NCBI GenBank assembly: GCA_938003925.1
Contig: CALKWQ010000054.1
Coordinates: forward strand, 1 to 62,855
Length of the DNA stretch: 62,855 nucleotides
From: an uncultured bacterium
GTDB taxonomy: Bacteria; Patescibacteriota; Patescibacteriia; Patescibacteriales; UBA12465
Reading direction: 5' to 3'
Part shown: piece by piece, positions 36,769 to 46,365 of the stretch
How positions within the stretch are numbered: the first letter of the stretch is position 1
How the letters are laid out: every line of letters begins with the position of its first letter
Position numbers and translations under genes: made by a program
The notes under the pieces: model-generated
The model's input: the letters and a program-made list of their open reading frames with translations, nothing else
Databases searched by the model: none
What the model was told of the DNA's origin: nothing

Positions 36769-37626
36769 ATGCAAATAGTTCAGGTTCAATTTTCACCTTG
36801 GGACAAGACTTATGACTTTTCTTTGCCAACGGATATTAAAGCCGGGGTGGGTGATTTTGTGATTGTTGATACCGAATTAGGAAGAGAACTGGGCAAGATT
36901 ATTGCTTTTATTGACAAGGTAATAGCGGCTGATCAGGTCTTAAAACCGGTATTACGTCTAGCTACTTTAGATGATGCTCGTTCTGTTTATAATGATGAGC
37001 GCCGCCAAGAGGCCATGTCTATTTGTCAGGAATTAATTGTTCGTCATAATCTACGCATGAAATTAATAGATGTACGTTTTGCTTTTGCTGGCGGACGTAT
37101 GACTTTTGCTTTTGTGGCGGATGGTAGGGTTGATTTTAGAGATTTGGTTAAAGATTTAAATTCCGCTTTTAATCTTAATATTCGTCTTTTGCAAATTGGT
37201 TCTCGCGATGAGGCTCGTTGTAGTGGTGATTGTGGTCCCTGCGGATTAGGTTTGTGCTGTCGTAGTTTTGTTCACGACTTTGCTTCCATTACCTCTGAAA
37301 TGGCCGAAGCCCAACAGGTAGTACACCGCGGTAGCGAGCGTATTTCCGGTATGTGCGGCCGTTTAATGTGCTGTCTTAGTTTTGAATATGAAGGCTATAA
37401 GCACCTAGCGACTGAGCTGCCACCTTTGGGTACAAAAATCAAGGCGGAGGGTCGCACTGGCGTTGTGGTCGGTCACCACCTGCTAAAACAGACCGTCGAT
37501 GTGCGTTTTGCTGCTGAAAACGTAGGTGAGAGAGATTTAATTATTCAGGTTGACCCCAAAAAACAGGCTGCTCAGCCAGATTCTCGTCCAACAGACAAAT
37601 CTCGTCGTTTCGGTCGTCGTCGCTAA
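36769..37626 (+). CDS. PSP1/RicT (YaaT) family Fe-S protein
   Basis: FAFVADGRVDFRDLVKDL, RIQLLQIGSRDEA-like segment (RLLQIGSRDEA), CGPCGLGLCC, ISGMCGRLMCCLSFE. Confidence 0.88.
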   Translation: MQIVQVQFSPWDKTYDFSLPTDIKAGVGDFVIVDTELGRELGKIIAFIDKVIAADQVLKPVLRLATLDDARSVYNDERRQEAMSICQELIVRHNLRMKLIDVRFAFAGGRMTFAFVADGRVDFRDLVKDLNSAFNLNIRLLQIGSRDEARCSGDCGPCGLGLCCRSFVHDFASITSEMAEAQQVVHRGSERISGMCGRLMCCLSFEYEGYKHLATELPPLGTKIKAEGRTGVVVGHHLLKQTVDVRFAAENVGERDLIIQVDPKKQAAQPDSRPTDKSRRFGRRR

Positions 37627-37643
37627 ATTGTGTTTGCACTAGG

Positions 37644-37667
37644 AAGCCCTGACAGTGGGGCTTTTTT
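37644..37667 (+). terminator. Intrinsic terminator after the PSP1 gene
   Basis: AAGCCC-TGACAGTG-GGGCTTTTTT. Confidence 0.65.
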
Positions 37668-37727
37668 AGGAGTAAAAATGTGTTATAATTAAGTTATCGC
37701 TTTTATTAATTTAATTACCTCAAAAAT

Positions 37728-38738
37728 ATGCCTTTGCAAGTAGCTATCAATGGTTTCGGTCGTATTGGCCGAGCTGCCTTTAAAATTATCCTAGATCAAC
37801 ATCCGGAGCTGAAAATCGTAGCTGTTAATGATTTAACTGATACTTCGACTTTGGCTCATTTACTGCAGAGTGATTCTTGTTACGGTCGGTATGGTCGCAA
37901 GGTCAGCGGCGATGCTAAAGGTTTATTGGTTGATAACAAACGTTACCCAGTATTTGCGGAGAAAGACCCCTCCTTATTGCCTTGGCAACGTTTACAGGTT
38001 GATGTAGTGTTGGAGTGTACTGGTCGTTTCTGTGATAAAGAGGGGGCAGGCTTACATTTAAAGGCTGGGGCCAAAAAGGTGATTATTTCAGCGCCAGCAA
38101 AAAAGGGGGGCGTTAAAACTATTGTTTTAGGGGTTAACCAGCAGCAGTTAAAAGCGAGTGATCATATTATTTCTAACGCATCTTGTACAACTAATTGTTT
38201 AGCGCCAGCGATGTCGGTACTAAAAGAGAAATTCGGAGTGAAGAAAGCTTTAATGACTACTATTCATTCTTATACAGCCGATCAAAATTTAGTGGATGGG
38301 CCTCATAAAGATCCGCGTCGCGCTCGAGCGGCGGCCATTAATATGGTTCCGACTACTACTGGTGCGGCTATCGCTGTGGCCGAATGCATTCCATCATTAA
38401 AGGGCAAATTTGACGGCTTGGCAGTACGCGTGCCCACTCCTGTAGCCTCTTTGTGCGATATCGTGTGTGTATTAGGCAAGAAAACTACAGCTGAAGCAGT
38501 TAACCAGGCTTTTGTTAAAGCCGCCGCTTCTAAGCTGAAAGGCATCTTAGAAGCTTCTAATGAAGAATTGGTTTCTACTGATATTATTGGTAATCCCTAT
38601 AGTTCTATTATTGATCTCAAAAATACTAAAGTAGTGGACGGTGATCTATTAAAGATTGTTGCTTGGTATGATAATGAATGGGGTTATTCTCAGCGCTTGG
38701 TGGATTTAGCTGCCAGTTTAAAAAAATTTATCAAATAA
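37728..38738 (+). CDS. gap: Type I glyceraldehyde-3-phosphate dehydrogenase
   Basis: INGFGRIGR, ECTGRF, ASCTTNCLAP, RRARAAA, PTTTGAA, VAWYDNEWGYS. Confidence 0.98.
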   Translation: MPLQVAINGFGRIGRAAFKIILDQHPELKIVAVNDLTDTSTLAHLLQSDSCYGRYGRKVSGDAKGLLVDNKRYPVFAEKDPSLLPWQRLQVDVVLECTGRFCDKEGAGLHLKAGAKKVIISAPAKKGGVKTIVLGVNQQQLKASDHIISNASCTTNCLAPAMSVLKEKFGVKKALMTTIHSYTADQNLVDGPHKDPRRARAAAINMVPTTTGAAIAVAECIPSLKGKFDGLAVRVPTPVASLCDIVCVLGKKTTAEAVNQAFVKAAASKLKGILEASNEELVSTDIIGNPYSSIIDLKNTKVVDGDLLKIVAWYDNEWGYSQRLVDLAASLKKFIK

Positions 38739-38787
38739 TGCCTAACTTAGTTGGTTGGCCTTGCCGCCGCCGTCTAGTTTTAATCGT

Positions 38788-39531
38788 ATGGATACAAACA
38801 AAAACGAAGTTACTGTTCCTCAAAAAATAGCATTAATGGGCGCTGCCGATTTATTACGAGCCGCCTGGAAAGTTTATGTATTAAGATTTGTCGATTTCGT
38901 AGAGATGTATTTACGCGGTTTGGTTGGTGTTTTGCCTTTAGTTGGGATTGGGGCTGTGTTTGCTTTATTAGCTTGGCTAAAGATTGAGTCCATTCCGCTA
39001 TATGTCTTAATTGGTATATTAGCTTTGTTGGCAATGCTGTGGTCTATCTACTATGGCACGCGCGCTAGAATAGGTTTATTATTACTGTTAAAAGATGAGA
39101 CTGTTAGTGTCAAGGAAAATTTTATTCGCAGTAAGTCTTTTTTCTGGCCTTATTTGACCGTGAGCGTAGTCACGGGTTTGTTGATCTTTCTGGCCTGCTT
39201 ACTTCTCATCTTTCCGGGTATAATTTTAGCTATTTCTTGGGCCTTTGCAGTTATGTTGGTAGTCTTGGAAAATAAAAAAAGCGCCACCGAAGCCATGCGG
39301 CGCAGTAAAGAATTAGTTAAGGGTTATCGCTGGTCAGTTTTTTGGCGATTTTTGTTCTTAGTAGTTTTGGCCTTAGTGGTTTCTATAGTTTTGGATATTC
39401 CCACTTCTTTCTTGAATGACGATGGTGATAAAGTTTATACCTTGGTAATTAATATTTTTTGGGCCTTGCTCAGTCCTTTATTTTTAGCCTACACCTATCT
39501 TTTATATAAGGATTTGGTAACTAAAAAATAA
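38788..39531 (+). CDS. Polytopic membrane protein of unknown function
   Basis: Five to six hydrophobic segments, LLIFPGIILAISW, EAMRRSKELVKGY.WSVFWR pattern. Start moved to ATG 38788. Confidence 0.7.
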   Translation: MDTNKNEVTVPQKIALMGAADLLRAAWKVYVLRFVDFVEMYLRGLVGVLPLVGIGAVFALLAWLKIESIPLYVLIGILALLAMLWSIYYGTRARIGLLLLLKDETVSVKENFIRSKSFFWPYLTVSVVTGLLIFLACLLLIFPGIILAISWAFAVMLVVLENKKSATEAMRRSKELVKGYRWSVFWRFLFLVVLALVVSIVLDIPTSFLNDDGDKVYTLVINIFWALLSPLFLAYTYLLYKDLVTKK

Positions 39532-39560
39532 AATTTAGACTAAGCCCTGTCAGTGATTAA

Positions 39561-41027
39561 ATGCTTATTCCTGAATACATTTTAGATATTATTAAAGTGA
39601 TGGCTGGCGCTGGCTTTAGTGCCGAATTAGTAGGCGGTTGCGTGCGTGATTTGTTAATGGACAAGCAGCCGCATGACTGGGATTTGGCTACCAATGCTCG
39701 TCCAGAGCAAGTCCTGTCTTTATTTTCTGCAGCCAAATACGAAAATGCTTTTGGTACAGTTATTATTCCTTACCGTCAAACAGACGGCACGGTTTTAGAT
39801 GTAGTGGAAATTACCACCTATCGTAGTGAGCGCGGTTATGCTGATTCGCGCCATCCTGACGAGGTTCTTTTTGAAGATGTGTTAGATAAAGATTTAGAGA
39901 GGCGTGACTTTACTATTAACGCGATGGCCTTGCGTCTAGATGAAAAAGGTAATCATGTTTTTGGTGATAATCACTTTGCTTTAATTGATTTATTTGGTGG
40001 TCTGAAAGATATTAGAAAAAAGGTGATTCGTGCTGTCGGCGAACCGGCTGATCGCTTTAAAGAAGATGCTTTAAGAATGATGCGGGCAATTCGTTTTTCC
40101 TCGCAGCTAGGTTTTGAACTGGAACCAAAAACTCAACGAGGTATAATTAAGTTAGCGGGTAGTTTGAAATTTGTAGCCAAAGAACGTATTCGCGATGAAC
40201 TGATTAAGATTATTGCTTCTGATCGGCCAGCTGCTGGCATAATGGCCTTACATGATAGTAAACTGCTGCAGTACTTAATACCAGAACTGGAGCAGGGAGT
40301 GGGGGTAAAACAAAATCATCATCATATTTATCCTGTTTTTAAGCATAATGTTTTGTCTTTACAATATTGCCCAAGTGCTGAGTGGCCAGTACGTTTTGCT
40401 GCCTTACTTCATGACGTTGCCAAGCCTAAGACCCGACGTTTATTGGCTGGTCAGGCCACTTTTTACAATCATGAGTATGTTGGCGCGAAGATGGTGGATA
40501 AAATAATGACTCGTTTGAAATTTAAGAATGAGGATCGCGAGAGGGTGGTGAATCTGGTCAAGAATCACATGTTTTATTATAATGTAGGGGAGGTTACTGC
40601 GGCCTCAGTGCGTCGCCTAATTAGCCGAGTGGGTCGTGATAACTTACAAGATTTAATTCATCTACGCGTAGCCGATCGACTTGGTTCTGGCACGCCTAAA
40701 GCAGTTCCTTATAAGCTCAGACACCTACAGTACATGATGGAGAAGGTCCAACATGATCCAGTATCAGTGAAAATGTTAGCTATTAATGGGCATGATTTGA
40801 TGTCAGAACTTAATCTCCCGCCCAGCCCCAAAATAGGAGCAATTTTAGATGTTTTATTGGGTGAAGTTTTGGCCGACCCTCTTAAGAATGAGCGTAATTT
40901 ACTTTTAACTAGGGCGCGGAGCTTGCAGTCTGATGATTTAGAAGATTTGCGCATTCAAGCACGCAGCCTAATTGAAGAAAAGCGAGAAGGTGATGATGTG
41001 GAGTTACAACATCGTTTTAAAGTTTAG
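39561..41027 (+). CDS. cca: CCA tRNA nucleotidyltransferase with HD domain
   Basis: LVGGCVRDLL, DWD, EITTYR, RRDFTINA, FKEDALRMMRAIRF, ERIRDEL, LLHDVAKP. Confidence 0.88.
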   Translation: MLIPEYILDIIKVMAGAGFSAELVGGCVRDLLMDKQPHDWDLATNARPEQVLSLFSAAKYENAFGTVIIPYRQTDGTVLDVVEITTYRSERGYADSRHPDEVLFEDVLDKDLERRDFTINAMALRLDEKGNHVFGDNHFALIDLFGGLKDIRKKVIRAVGEPADRFKEDALRMMRAIRFSSQLGFELEPKTQRGIIKLAGSLKFVAKERIRDELIKIIASDRPAAGIMALHDSKLLQYLIPELEQGVGVKQNHHHIYPVFKHNVLSLQYCPSAEWPVRFAALLHDVAKPKTRRLLAGQATFYNHEYVGAKMVDKIMTRLKFKNEDRERVVNLVKNHMFYYNVGEVTAASVRRLISRVGRDNLQDLIHLRVADRLGSGTPKAVPYKLRHLQYMMEKVQHDPVSVKMLAINGHDLMSELNLPPSPKIGAILDVLLGEVLADPLKNERNLLLTRARSLQSDDLEDLRIQARSLIEEKREGDDVELQHRFKV

Positions 41028-41073
41028 CTTATTTGTCACCGCGCCAACGCCCGGTGTTTAATTATATAATAAT

Positions 41074-41862
41074 ATGTCAACAATTAATAAATCGTTCTTG
41101 TTTACCGCTTTAATGGCGTTAGCGTTAACGTTATCCGCTTGCGGTACCGAGACTCCTAATGTTAATGATAATATGGATACACAAGAAGAGGTGGTTGCCA
41201 ACCAAACTAGTAATCAGACGGTAGCTGGCACTAGCCAGAAATTAGATTTAGGCGAATTTTCAGCTGAGACTAATCCTGGTAGTACAGTAGCAGAACCAGC
41301 GAAGGAATTGTCAGATGAGGCGTCAGAGATGTTGTCTTCCCAAATTTTAGCTCCCGACAAGCAAGCAGATTTAATTTCCAAATATAGTCGAGCTATTATT
41401 AAAACTAACCAGGGTGATATTGAAGTAGAGTTTTACAAAGAAGAATCACCAGTGACTGTTAATAATTTTATGTATTTAGCCCAGGCCGGTTTTTATAATG
41501 GTAGTAAGTTTCATCGGGTGATTAAGGATTTTATGATTCAAGGGGGTGACCCTAATAGCAAAGATGACGATTGGTCTAATGATGGCTTCGGTGGCCCTGG
41601 CTACACTTTTAAAGACGAGTTTAATACTCATAAATTAGTTAAGGGTTCTCTGGCTATGGCTAATGGCGGCCCCGGGACTAATGGTTCGCAATTTTTCATT
41701 GTTACCGCCGAGTCCACTCCTTGGTTAGATGGTGCTCATACTAATTTTGGACAGGTAACTGCCGGTATGGAGGTAGTAGCGGCAATTGAGGCAGTTAGTG
41801 TTAATGCTAGTGACCATCCAACCACTGACATGGTAATTGAAAGCATTGAATTATTGAAATAA
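41074..41862 (+). CDS. Cyclophilin-type peptidyl-prolyl isomerase lipoprotein
   Basis: Lipobox LSAC, acidic linker, FHRVIKDFMIQGGDP, LAMANGGPGTNGSQFFI, WLDGAHTNFG. Confidence 0.93.
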   Translation: MSTINKSFLFTALMALALTLSACGTETPNVNDNMDTQEEVVANQTSNQTVAGTSQKLDLGEFSAETNPGSTVAEPAKELSDEASEMLSSQILAPDKQADLISKYSRAIIKTNQGDIEVEFYKEESPVTVNNFMYLAQAGFYNGSKFHRVIKDFMIQGGDPNSKDDDWSNDGFGGPGYTFKDEFNTHKLVKGSLAMANGGPGTNGSQFFIVTAESTPWLDGAHTNFGQVTAGMEVVAAIEAVSVNASDHPTTDMVIESIELLK

Positions 41863-41879
41863 TTAAAGCGCTAGTATTT

Positions 41880-41908
41880 AAGCAGGCTCTTACCGAGTCT
41901 GCTTTTAA
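41880..41908 (+). terminator. Intrinsic terminator after the PPIase gene
   Basis: AAGCAGGCTC-TTACC-GAGTCTGCTTTT. Confidence 0.7.
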
Positions 41909-41967
41909 TTGGACAAAATAACTGTTTGTTTTATAATAATGAGATGGTAGACTATTAATTATAATTT

Positions 41968-43119
41968 ATGCATATATATCTAGATAATGCTGCTACTACT
42001 CAGCTCGACCCCCGTGTCTTAAAGGCAATGATGCCATATTTAGGGCCTAAGTACGCTAATGCTTCTTCCATTCATGCTCTAGGTCAAAGTAATAATTTGG
42101 ATTTAGAATCGGCTCGTCAAACGGTGGCTGGTATTTTAGGACTAAATAGCGCCGGTTTAGTGTTTACCAGTGGGGCTAGCGAGGCTAATAACTTTATTTT
42201 GCGGGGTATTATGCAGGCTAATCAGGCTAAAGGCAAGCATTTGATAGTTTCAGCCATTGAGCACCCTTGTGTCTATCAAACTGCCAGAGTTTTGGCTCGT
42301 AATGGCTATGAAGTCGACATCGCGCCAGTTGACAAGAATGGTTTAATTGATTTGGCGTCTCTAGCTAAGTTAATCCGTTCAGACACCGTCTTGGTGTCAG
42401 TGATGGCGGTTAATAACGAAATCGGTAGTGTGCAGAATTTAGCGGCTATTGCTAAAATTGTACATCAGCAGGGCGCTTATTTCCATAGCGATATTGTGCA
42501 GGCAATTCCTTATTTACAACTTAATTTAAGCAAATTGGGCGTAGACTGCGCCAGTTTTTCGGCACACAAATTTTACGGTCCAAAGGGTGTTGGAGCTGCA
42601 TATATCCGCCCCGGCATCAAGTCTGAGCCATTAATCAGCGGAGGAGAGCAGGAAAATGGCTATAGAGCTGGTACTTATAATTTACCAGGTATTATCGGTC
42701 TAGCGTCGGCGCTTGAGGTTGCTTATAAGGAAAGAAGCCTCTATTTACCTAGGGTTAAAACTTTACGAGATTATTTTTGGCAGTGTTTACGCAAAGAATT
42801 ATCTGGACTTAAGCTAAATGGTAATCTGAAAAATCGGGTAGCCAACAACCTTAACGTTTGTTTTTCTAAAATTGAAGGTGAGGCGATTTTAATGGATTTA
42901 TCACTCAAAGGGGTTTATGTTTCTACTGGTTCAGCTTGTAGTGCTCATAATTTAAAGAGCTCTTATGTACTGTCTGCCATCGGTTTGGCTGATTATGATT
43001 TGAATAGTAATATTCGTTTTTCCTTGGGTCGTTATAACACTAAAAGAGAAATTGATCTTACCGTAGCCGCTTTAAAAAAGACAGTAAGTCGTTTACGCGC
43101 TTTTTCCCCAGTTAAATAA
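41968..43119 (+). CDS. iscS: Cysteine desulfurase (group I, IscS/NifS)
   Basis: YLDNAATT, FTSGASEANN, IEHPCV, NNEIGS, SAHKFYGPKG, STGSAC. Confidence 0.93.
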   Translation: MHIYLDNAATTQLDPRVLKAMMPYLGPKYANASSIHALGQSNNLDLESARQTVAGILGLNSAGLVFTSGASEANNFILRGIMQANQAKGKHLIVSAIEHPCVYQTARVLARNGYEVDIAPVDKNGLIDLASLAKLIRSDTVLVSVMAVNNEIGSVQNLAAIAKIVHQQGAYFHSDIVQAIPYLQLNLSKLGVDCASFSAHKFYGPKGVGAAYIRPGIKSEPLISGGEQENGYRAGTYNLPGIIGLASALEVAYKERSLYLPRVKTLRDYFWQCLRKELSGLKLNGNLKNRVANNLNVCFSKIEGEAILMDLSLKGVYVSTGSACSAHNLKSSYVLSAIGLADYDLNSNIRFSLGRYNTKREIDLTVAALKKTVSRLRAFSPVK

Positions 43120-43128
43120 TTTTTATTT

Positions 43129-43596
43129 ATGTCTTTAAATTATACCAATAAAACCATTAATGCCTTTCTTAAACCCAAGAATATCGGGAGCATTAAAAAT
43201 CCCGATGCTTTAGCTTCAGTTGGCAATCCAGTCTGCGGCGATCAGCTATCTTTCTCTATTAGAGTTAAAGGCGATAGAATTAAGGATATTAAGTTTTTAT
43301 CTTTCGGTTGTGCTTCCAATATTGCCACTGCTTCCGTGCTAACTCAACAAGTCAAGGGAATGACTATTGCCGAAGCAAAAAAATATGATTGGCAGAAAAT
43401 CGTATCCATTTTAGGCGGACTCCCGCAACAAAAGGTACACTGTTCCATGATGGCCATAGAAGCTCTACAGCGAGTTTTGGCCGCTTATGAACAGCGTTTA
43501 TCTTTAGCATCTGATAAAAAATTAACTATCACTAAAATCACTAAAAATAAGTTATCGTCAAAGACGATGGCTTCTAAGCAAAAAAAAGTAAGTTGA
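43129..43596 (+). CDS. iscU: Fe-S scaffold, IscU/NifU N-terminal type
   Basis: PKNIG, GNPVCGD, FGCASNIA, KVHCS: three conserved Cys. Confidence 0.9.
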   Translation: MSLNYTNKTINAFLKPKNIGSIKNPDALASVGNPVCGDQLSFSIRVKGDRIKDIKFLSFGCASNIATASVLTQQVKGMTIAEAKKYDWQKIVSILGGLPQQKVHCSMMAIEALQRVLAAYEQRLSLASDKKLTITKITKNKLSSKTMASKQKKVS

Positions 43597-43606
43597 GTAT
43601 GTTAAT

Positions 43607-43640
43607 AACATAAAACCCCCTTATAAGGGGGTTTTATGTT
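43607..43640. terminator. Perfect 34-bp palindrome, bidirectional terminator between iscU and the RRM gene
   Basis: AACATAAAACCCCCTTA|TAAGGGGGTTTTATGTT is exactly self-complementary. Confidence 0.8.
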
Positions 43641-43669
43641 TGAGCTATCTTCAAATGGCTATATTTAGC

Positions 43670-43927
43670 TTAGAAGCGCTTTTCTAGGGGGCGAGCTTCA
43701 TTAACGGCAACGCGGCGACCATCTAATTCTTGGCCATTCCACATTGCGATTGCAGCCTGCGCCTCTTCCTCAGTTTCCATCTCCACGAAGCCGAAGCCTT
43801 TGGAGCGCTGAGTCATGCGGTCTTTGATGATGACAGCAGAAATGACGTTGCCAGCTTTGGCAAAAGCATCTGCTAAAACATCTTCAGTGGTCTGAAAAGA
43901 CAAACCGCCGACAAATAACTTTTTCAT
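43670..43927 (-). CDS. Single-RRM RNA-binding protein
   Basis: RNP2 LFVGGL, RNP1 KGFGFVEM, C-terminal VNEARP. Confidence 0.95.
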   Translation of the reverse strand: MKKLFVGGLSFQTTEDVLADAFAKAGNVISAVIIKDRMTQRSKGFGFVEMETEEEAQAAIAMWNGQELDGRRVAVNEARPLEKRF

Positions 43928-44127
43928 GTGTTTGCTTTATCTGCTAGTTCTGCCGGAGCAGAACTTTCAGATTACTTGTGTTTACAAAACTCGTAAGGCG
44001 ACCTTTGTTGCCTACAAACTACAAGCGGCTAGTCGGTATCATTTCGCTTGAAGCGATACGGACTAGCCGCTCGTGTCTCTAACAAAACTTACTCGTTAAT
44101 ACTAACTTTTTATCTTATAAAAGTCAA
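43928..44127 (-). promoter_or_regulatory. Promoter and ~165-nt structured 5' leader of the RRM gene
   Basis: TTGACT (44127-44122), 17 nt, TAGTAT (44104-44099); hairpins at 44024-44071 and 43939-43972. Confidence 0.7.
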
Positions 44128-44130
44128 TAA

Positions 44131-44847
44131 TTATCCTAAATTAACCTTCACGCTTGGGCTCATAGAAGAGCAGATAGTGACATTTTTAATATAAGTACCT
44201 TTAGCGGCAGCTGGTTTGGCTTTGCGGATAGTGTCAATCAGAGCTTGAAAATTTTCCACTAGTTTAGTGTCTTCAAAGCTTAATTTACCAATGACGGCGT
44301 GTAAGTTACTGGTATCGTCATTTTTAAAACTGATTTTACCTTTTTTCAATTCTTCCACTGCCTTAGCTGGATTAGGTGAGACAGTGTCATTTTTGGGGGA
44401 AGGCATTAAGCCGCGGGTACCAAGAATTTTAGCAATCACCGCCAGGTTTTTCATCATTAACGGTTCGGCAATGGCAACTTCAAAGTCAGTTTTTTCAGTC
44501 TTTTTAATTTCAGCGATTAATTCATCACCGCCAACAAATTCAGCGCCGGCAGTCTTGCAGGCAGCTTCATTACCAGGTGAGACGAAAGCAGCAATGCGAA
44601 CAGTTTTGCCTGTACCATGAGGTAAGCTGACGGCCCCACGTACCTGCTGGTCGCTCTTTTTAGGGTTGACGCCTAGGCGAATATGCACTTCTACCGATGG
44701 GTCAAATTTAGTCTTGTTAATTTTTTTTACAATCGCAATCGCTTCGTTCAAGCTGTAAGATTGTAAGCGATCGTAGATAGCAGAGAAGTCAGCTGCTTTC
44801 TTCTTGGTTGCCGGAGTGGCGACCGTTTTTTCTAATTTTTTTGGCAT
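44131..44847 (-). CDS. rplA: 50S ribosomal protein L1
   Basis: KFDPSVEVHIRLGVNP, VRGAVSLPHGTGK, LGTRGLMPSPK, TICSSMSP. Confidence 0.97.
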   Translation of the reverse strand: MPKKLEKTVATPATKKKAADFSAIYDRLQSYSLNEAIAIVKKINKTKFDPSVEVHIRLGVNPKKSDQQVRGAVSLPHGTGKTVRIAAFVSPGNEAACKTAGAEFVGGDELIAEIKKTEKTDFEVAIAEPLMMKNLAVIAKILGTRGLMPSPKNDTVSPNPAKAVEELKKGKISFKNDDTSNLHAVIGKLSFEDTKLVENFQALIDTIRKAKPAAAKGTYIKNVTICSSMSPSVKVNLG

Positions 44848-44854
44848 ATTGTTC

Positions 44855-44903
44855 GTGGTGAGATAGCGCTTTTAACCGTTTAATTACAGTTTTAAGCTCC
44901 CAC
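44855..44903 (-). promoter_or_regulatory. Candidate L1-binding autoregulatory RNA element between rplK and rplA
   Basis: Minus strand GTGG-GA-GCTT...AAGC-GCTATCTCA-CCAC: two helices around an asymmetric loop with GGGAG, as in L1 operators. Confidence 0.55.
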
Positions 44904-44922
44904 AATTAATTATTTATTAACT

Positions 44923-45348
44923 TTAATCTTTAATTTCCACACCCATCTGTCTAGCAGTGCCAGCGATGATATTCATAGCAGCATCAAGATCGTTGGCGTT
45001 TAAATCGGGCATTTTAACTTTCGCAATTTCAGCTAGCTGGGCTTTGGTTATTTTGCCCACCTTGTCGGAACGAGGTTTGCCTGAGCCTTTTTTAATTCCA
45101 GCTGCTTTCTTTAACAATTCAGAAGCTGGTGGAGTTTTAAGGATGAAGGTGTAAGTGCGGTCATCAAAAACAGTAATCTCTACCGGCACTACATCACCCA
45201 TTTTATCACGAGTGGCTTCATTGAACTTTTGGCAAAATTCAGCAATGTTTAAGCCGTGCTGACCTAAAGCCGGACCGACAGGAGGCGCAGGATTGGCTTG
45301 ACCACCGGTGATTTGCAGTTTAATTTTAGTTTTGATTTTTTTAGCCAT
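44923..45348 (-). CDS. rplK: 50S ribosomal protein L11
   Basis: [43 protein letters not shown]. Start moved to ATG 45348. Confidence 0.98.
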   Translation of the reverse strand: MAKKIKTKIKLQITGGQANPAPPVGPALGQHGLNIAEFCQKFNEATRDKMGDVVPVEITVFDDRTYTFILKTPPASELLKKAAGIKKGSGKPRSDKVGKITKAQLAEIAKVKMPDLNANDLDAAMNIIAGTARQMGVEIKD

Positions 45349-45414
45349 ATTGATTAATGCTTGTTCGGCAGAAGCGGACCGGTGCAAGCTTTAGATAATT
45401 ATTTCGGTAATAGC

Positions 45415-45960
45415 TTATGACTTTTTGATTTGCAGGAAGTCTAATTCTACCGGAGTTTCGCGACCGAACATAGATACGGACACCTTTACTTTGCCTTTAG
45501 CCTCGTCAATGCTGGTGACTTTGCCCTCCATATTTTTAAATGGGCCTTCGTTGATTTTTACCGGAGAGCCAACAACCACGTCGATGGTAAACTTCGGATC
45601 TTCTACGCCCATACGTTTCTGTAAAGCCTTAACCTCGGTATCGCTGATTGGGGTAGGGATCGTGCCGGTACCGATGAAGCCGGTGACGTTAGGTGTATTG
45701 CGTACCACATACCAAGAGTCATCAGTTACTTCCATTTCTACTAAGATATAACCGGGAAAGATTTTTTCTTCTACTACTTTGCGCTTGCCGTTTTTGATCT
45801 TAATCTTCTTTTCGGTTGGTATGAGAATGTTGAAAATCTTATTCTCCATGTCTAGAGATTCCACTCTTTGTTTCAAATTCTGGGCGACATTTTCTTCGTA
45901 GCCGGAGTAAGTGTGCAATACATACCAGCGACGTCCTTGATTTAAAAGTTGTTTAGCCAT
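45415..45960 (-). CDS. nusG: Transcription factor NusG
   Basis: WYVLHTYSGYE, KIFPGYILVEM, VRNTPNVTGF, GPF, MFGRETPVEL. Confidence 0.98.
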   Translation of the reverse strand: MAKQLLNQGRRWYVLHTYSGYEENVAQNLKQRVESLDMENKIFNILIPTEKKIKIKNGKRKVVEEKIFPGYILVEMEVTDDSWYVVRNTPNVTGFIGTGTIPTPISDTEVKALQKRMGVEDPKFTIDVVVGSPVKINEGPFKNMEGKVTSIDEAKGKVKVSVSMFGRETPVELDFLQIKKS

Positions 45961-46021
45961 AAGTTTAAAAGCATCTGCCGGCCGGCTGTGGACGCCGCCG
46001 TAGTACGCATTGGGGGGAAGT

Positions 46022-46207
46022 TTATTGAATAATAAGTTCTTTGAAGCCTAAATTAAAGCCGTAATCTAAGATGCCTAAAAAGGCAGCCACAACCAAAGAA
46101 ATGCTAATTACCAGTAGGGTGTAATTATAGGTTTCTTTTTTTGTGGGCCAAGTGACTTTTTTCATTTCCTCCAGGGATTCCTGGAAGTAGCGGTTAATTT
46201 TGCTCAT
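46022..46207 (-). CDS. secE: Preprotein translocase subunit SecE
   Basis: EMKKVTWPTKKE plus one TM; directly upstream of nusG. Confidence 0.95.
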   Translation of the reverse strand: MSKINRYFQESLEEMKKVTWPTKKETYNYTLLVISISLVVAAFLGILDYGFNLGFKELIIQ

Positions 46208-46267
46208 ATTAGGTTAAATTTGTAATATTAAAAAGAGCCTTTAAGGCCACTTTTTGTATCTGCTTAT

Positions 46268-46296
46268 ATATTACCGAAATCGCTTGTCACTGTCAA
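46268..46296 (-). promoter_or_regulatory. Sigma70 promoter of secE-nusG-rplK-rplA
   Basis: TTGACA (46296-46291), 17 nt, TAATAT (46273-46268). Confidence 0.7.
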
Positions 46297-46365
46297 GGCA
46301 TTTCTCCTTTTCCCGTTGCTTTTTCAAGTCAAACAAGATAAAATGGAGTTGAATAAAAAATACAT

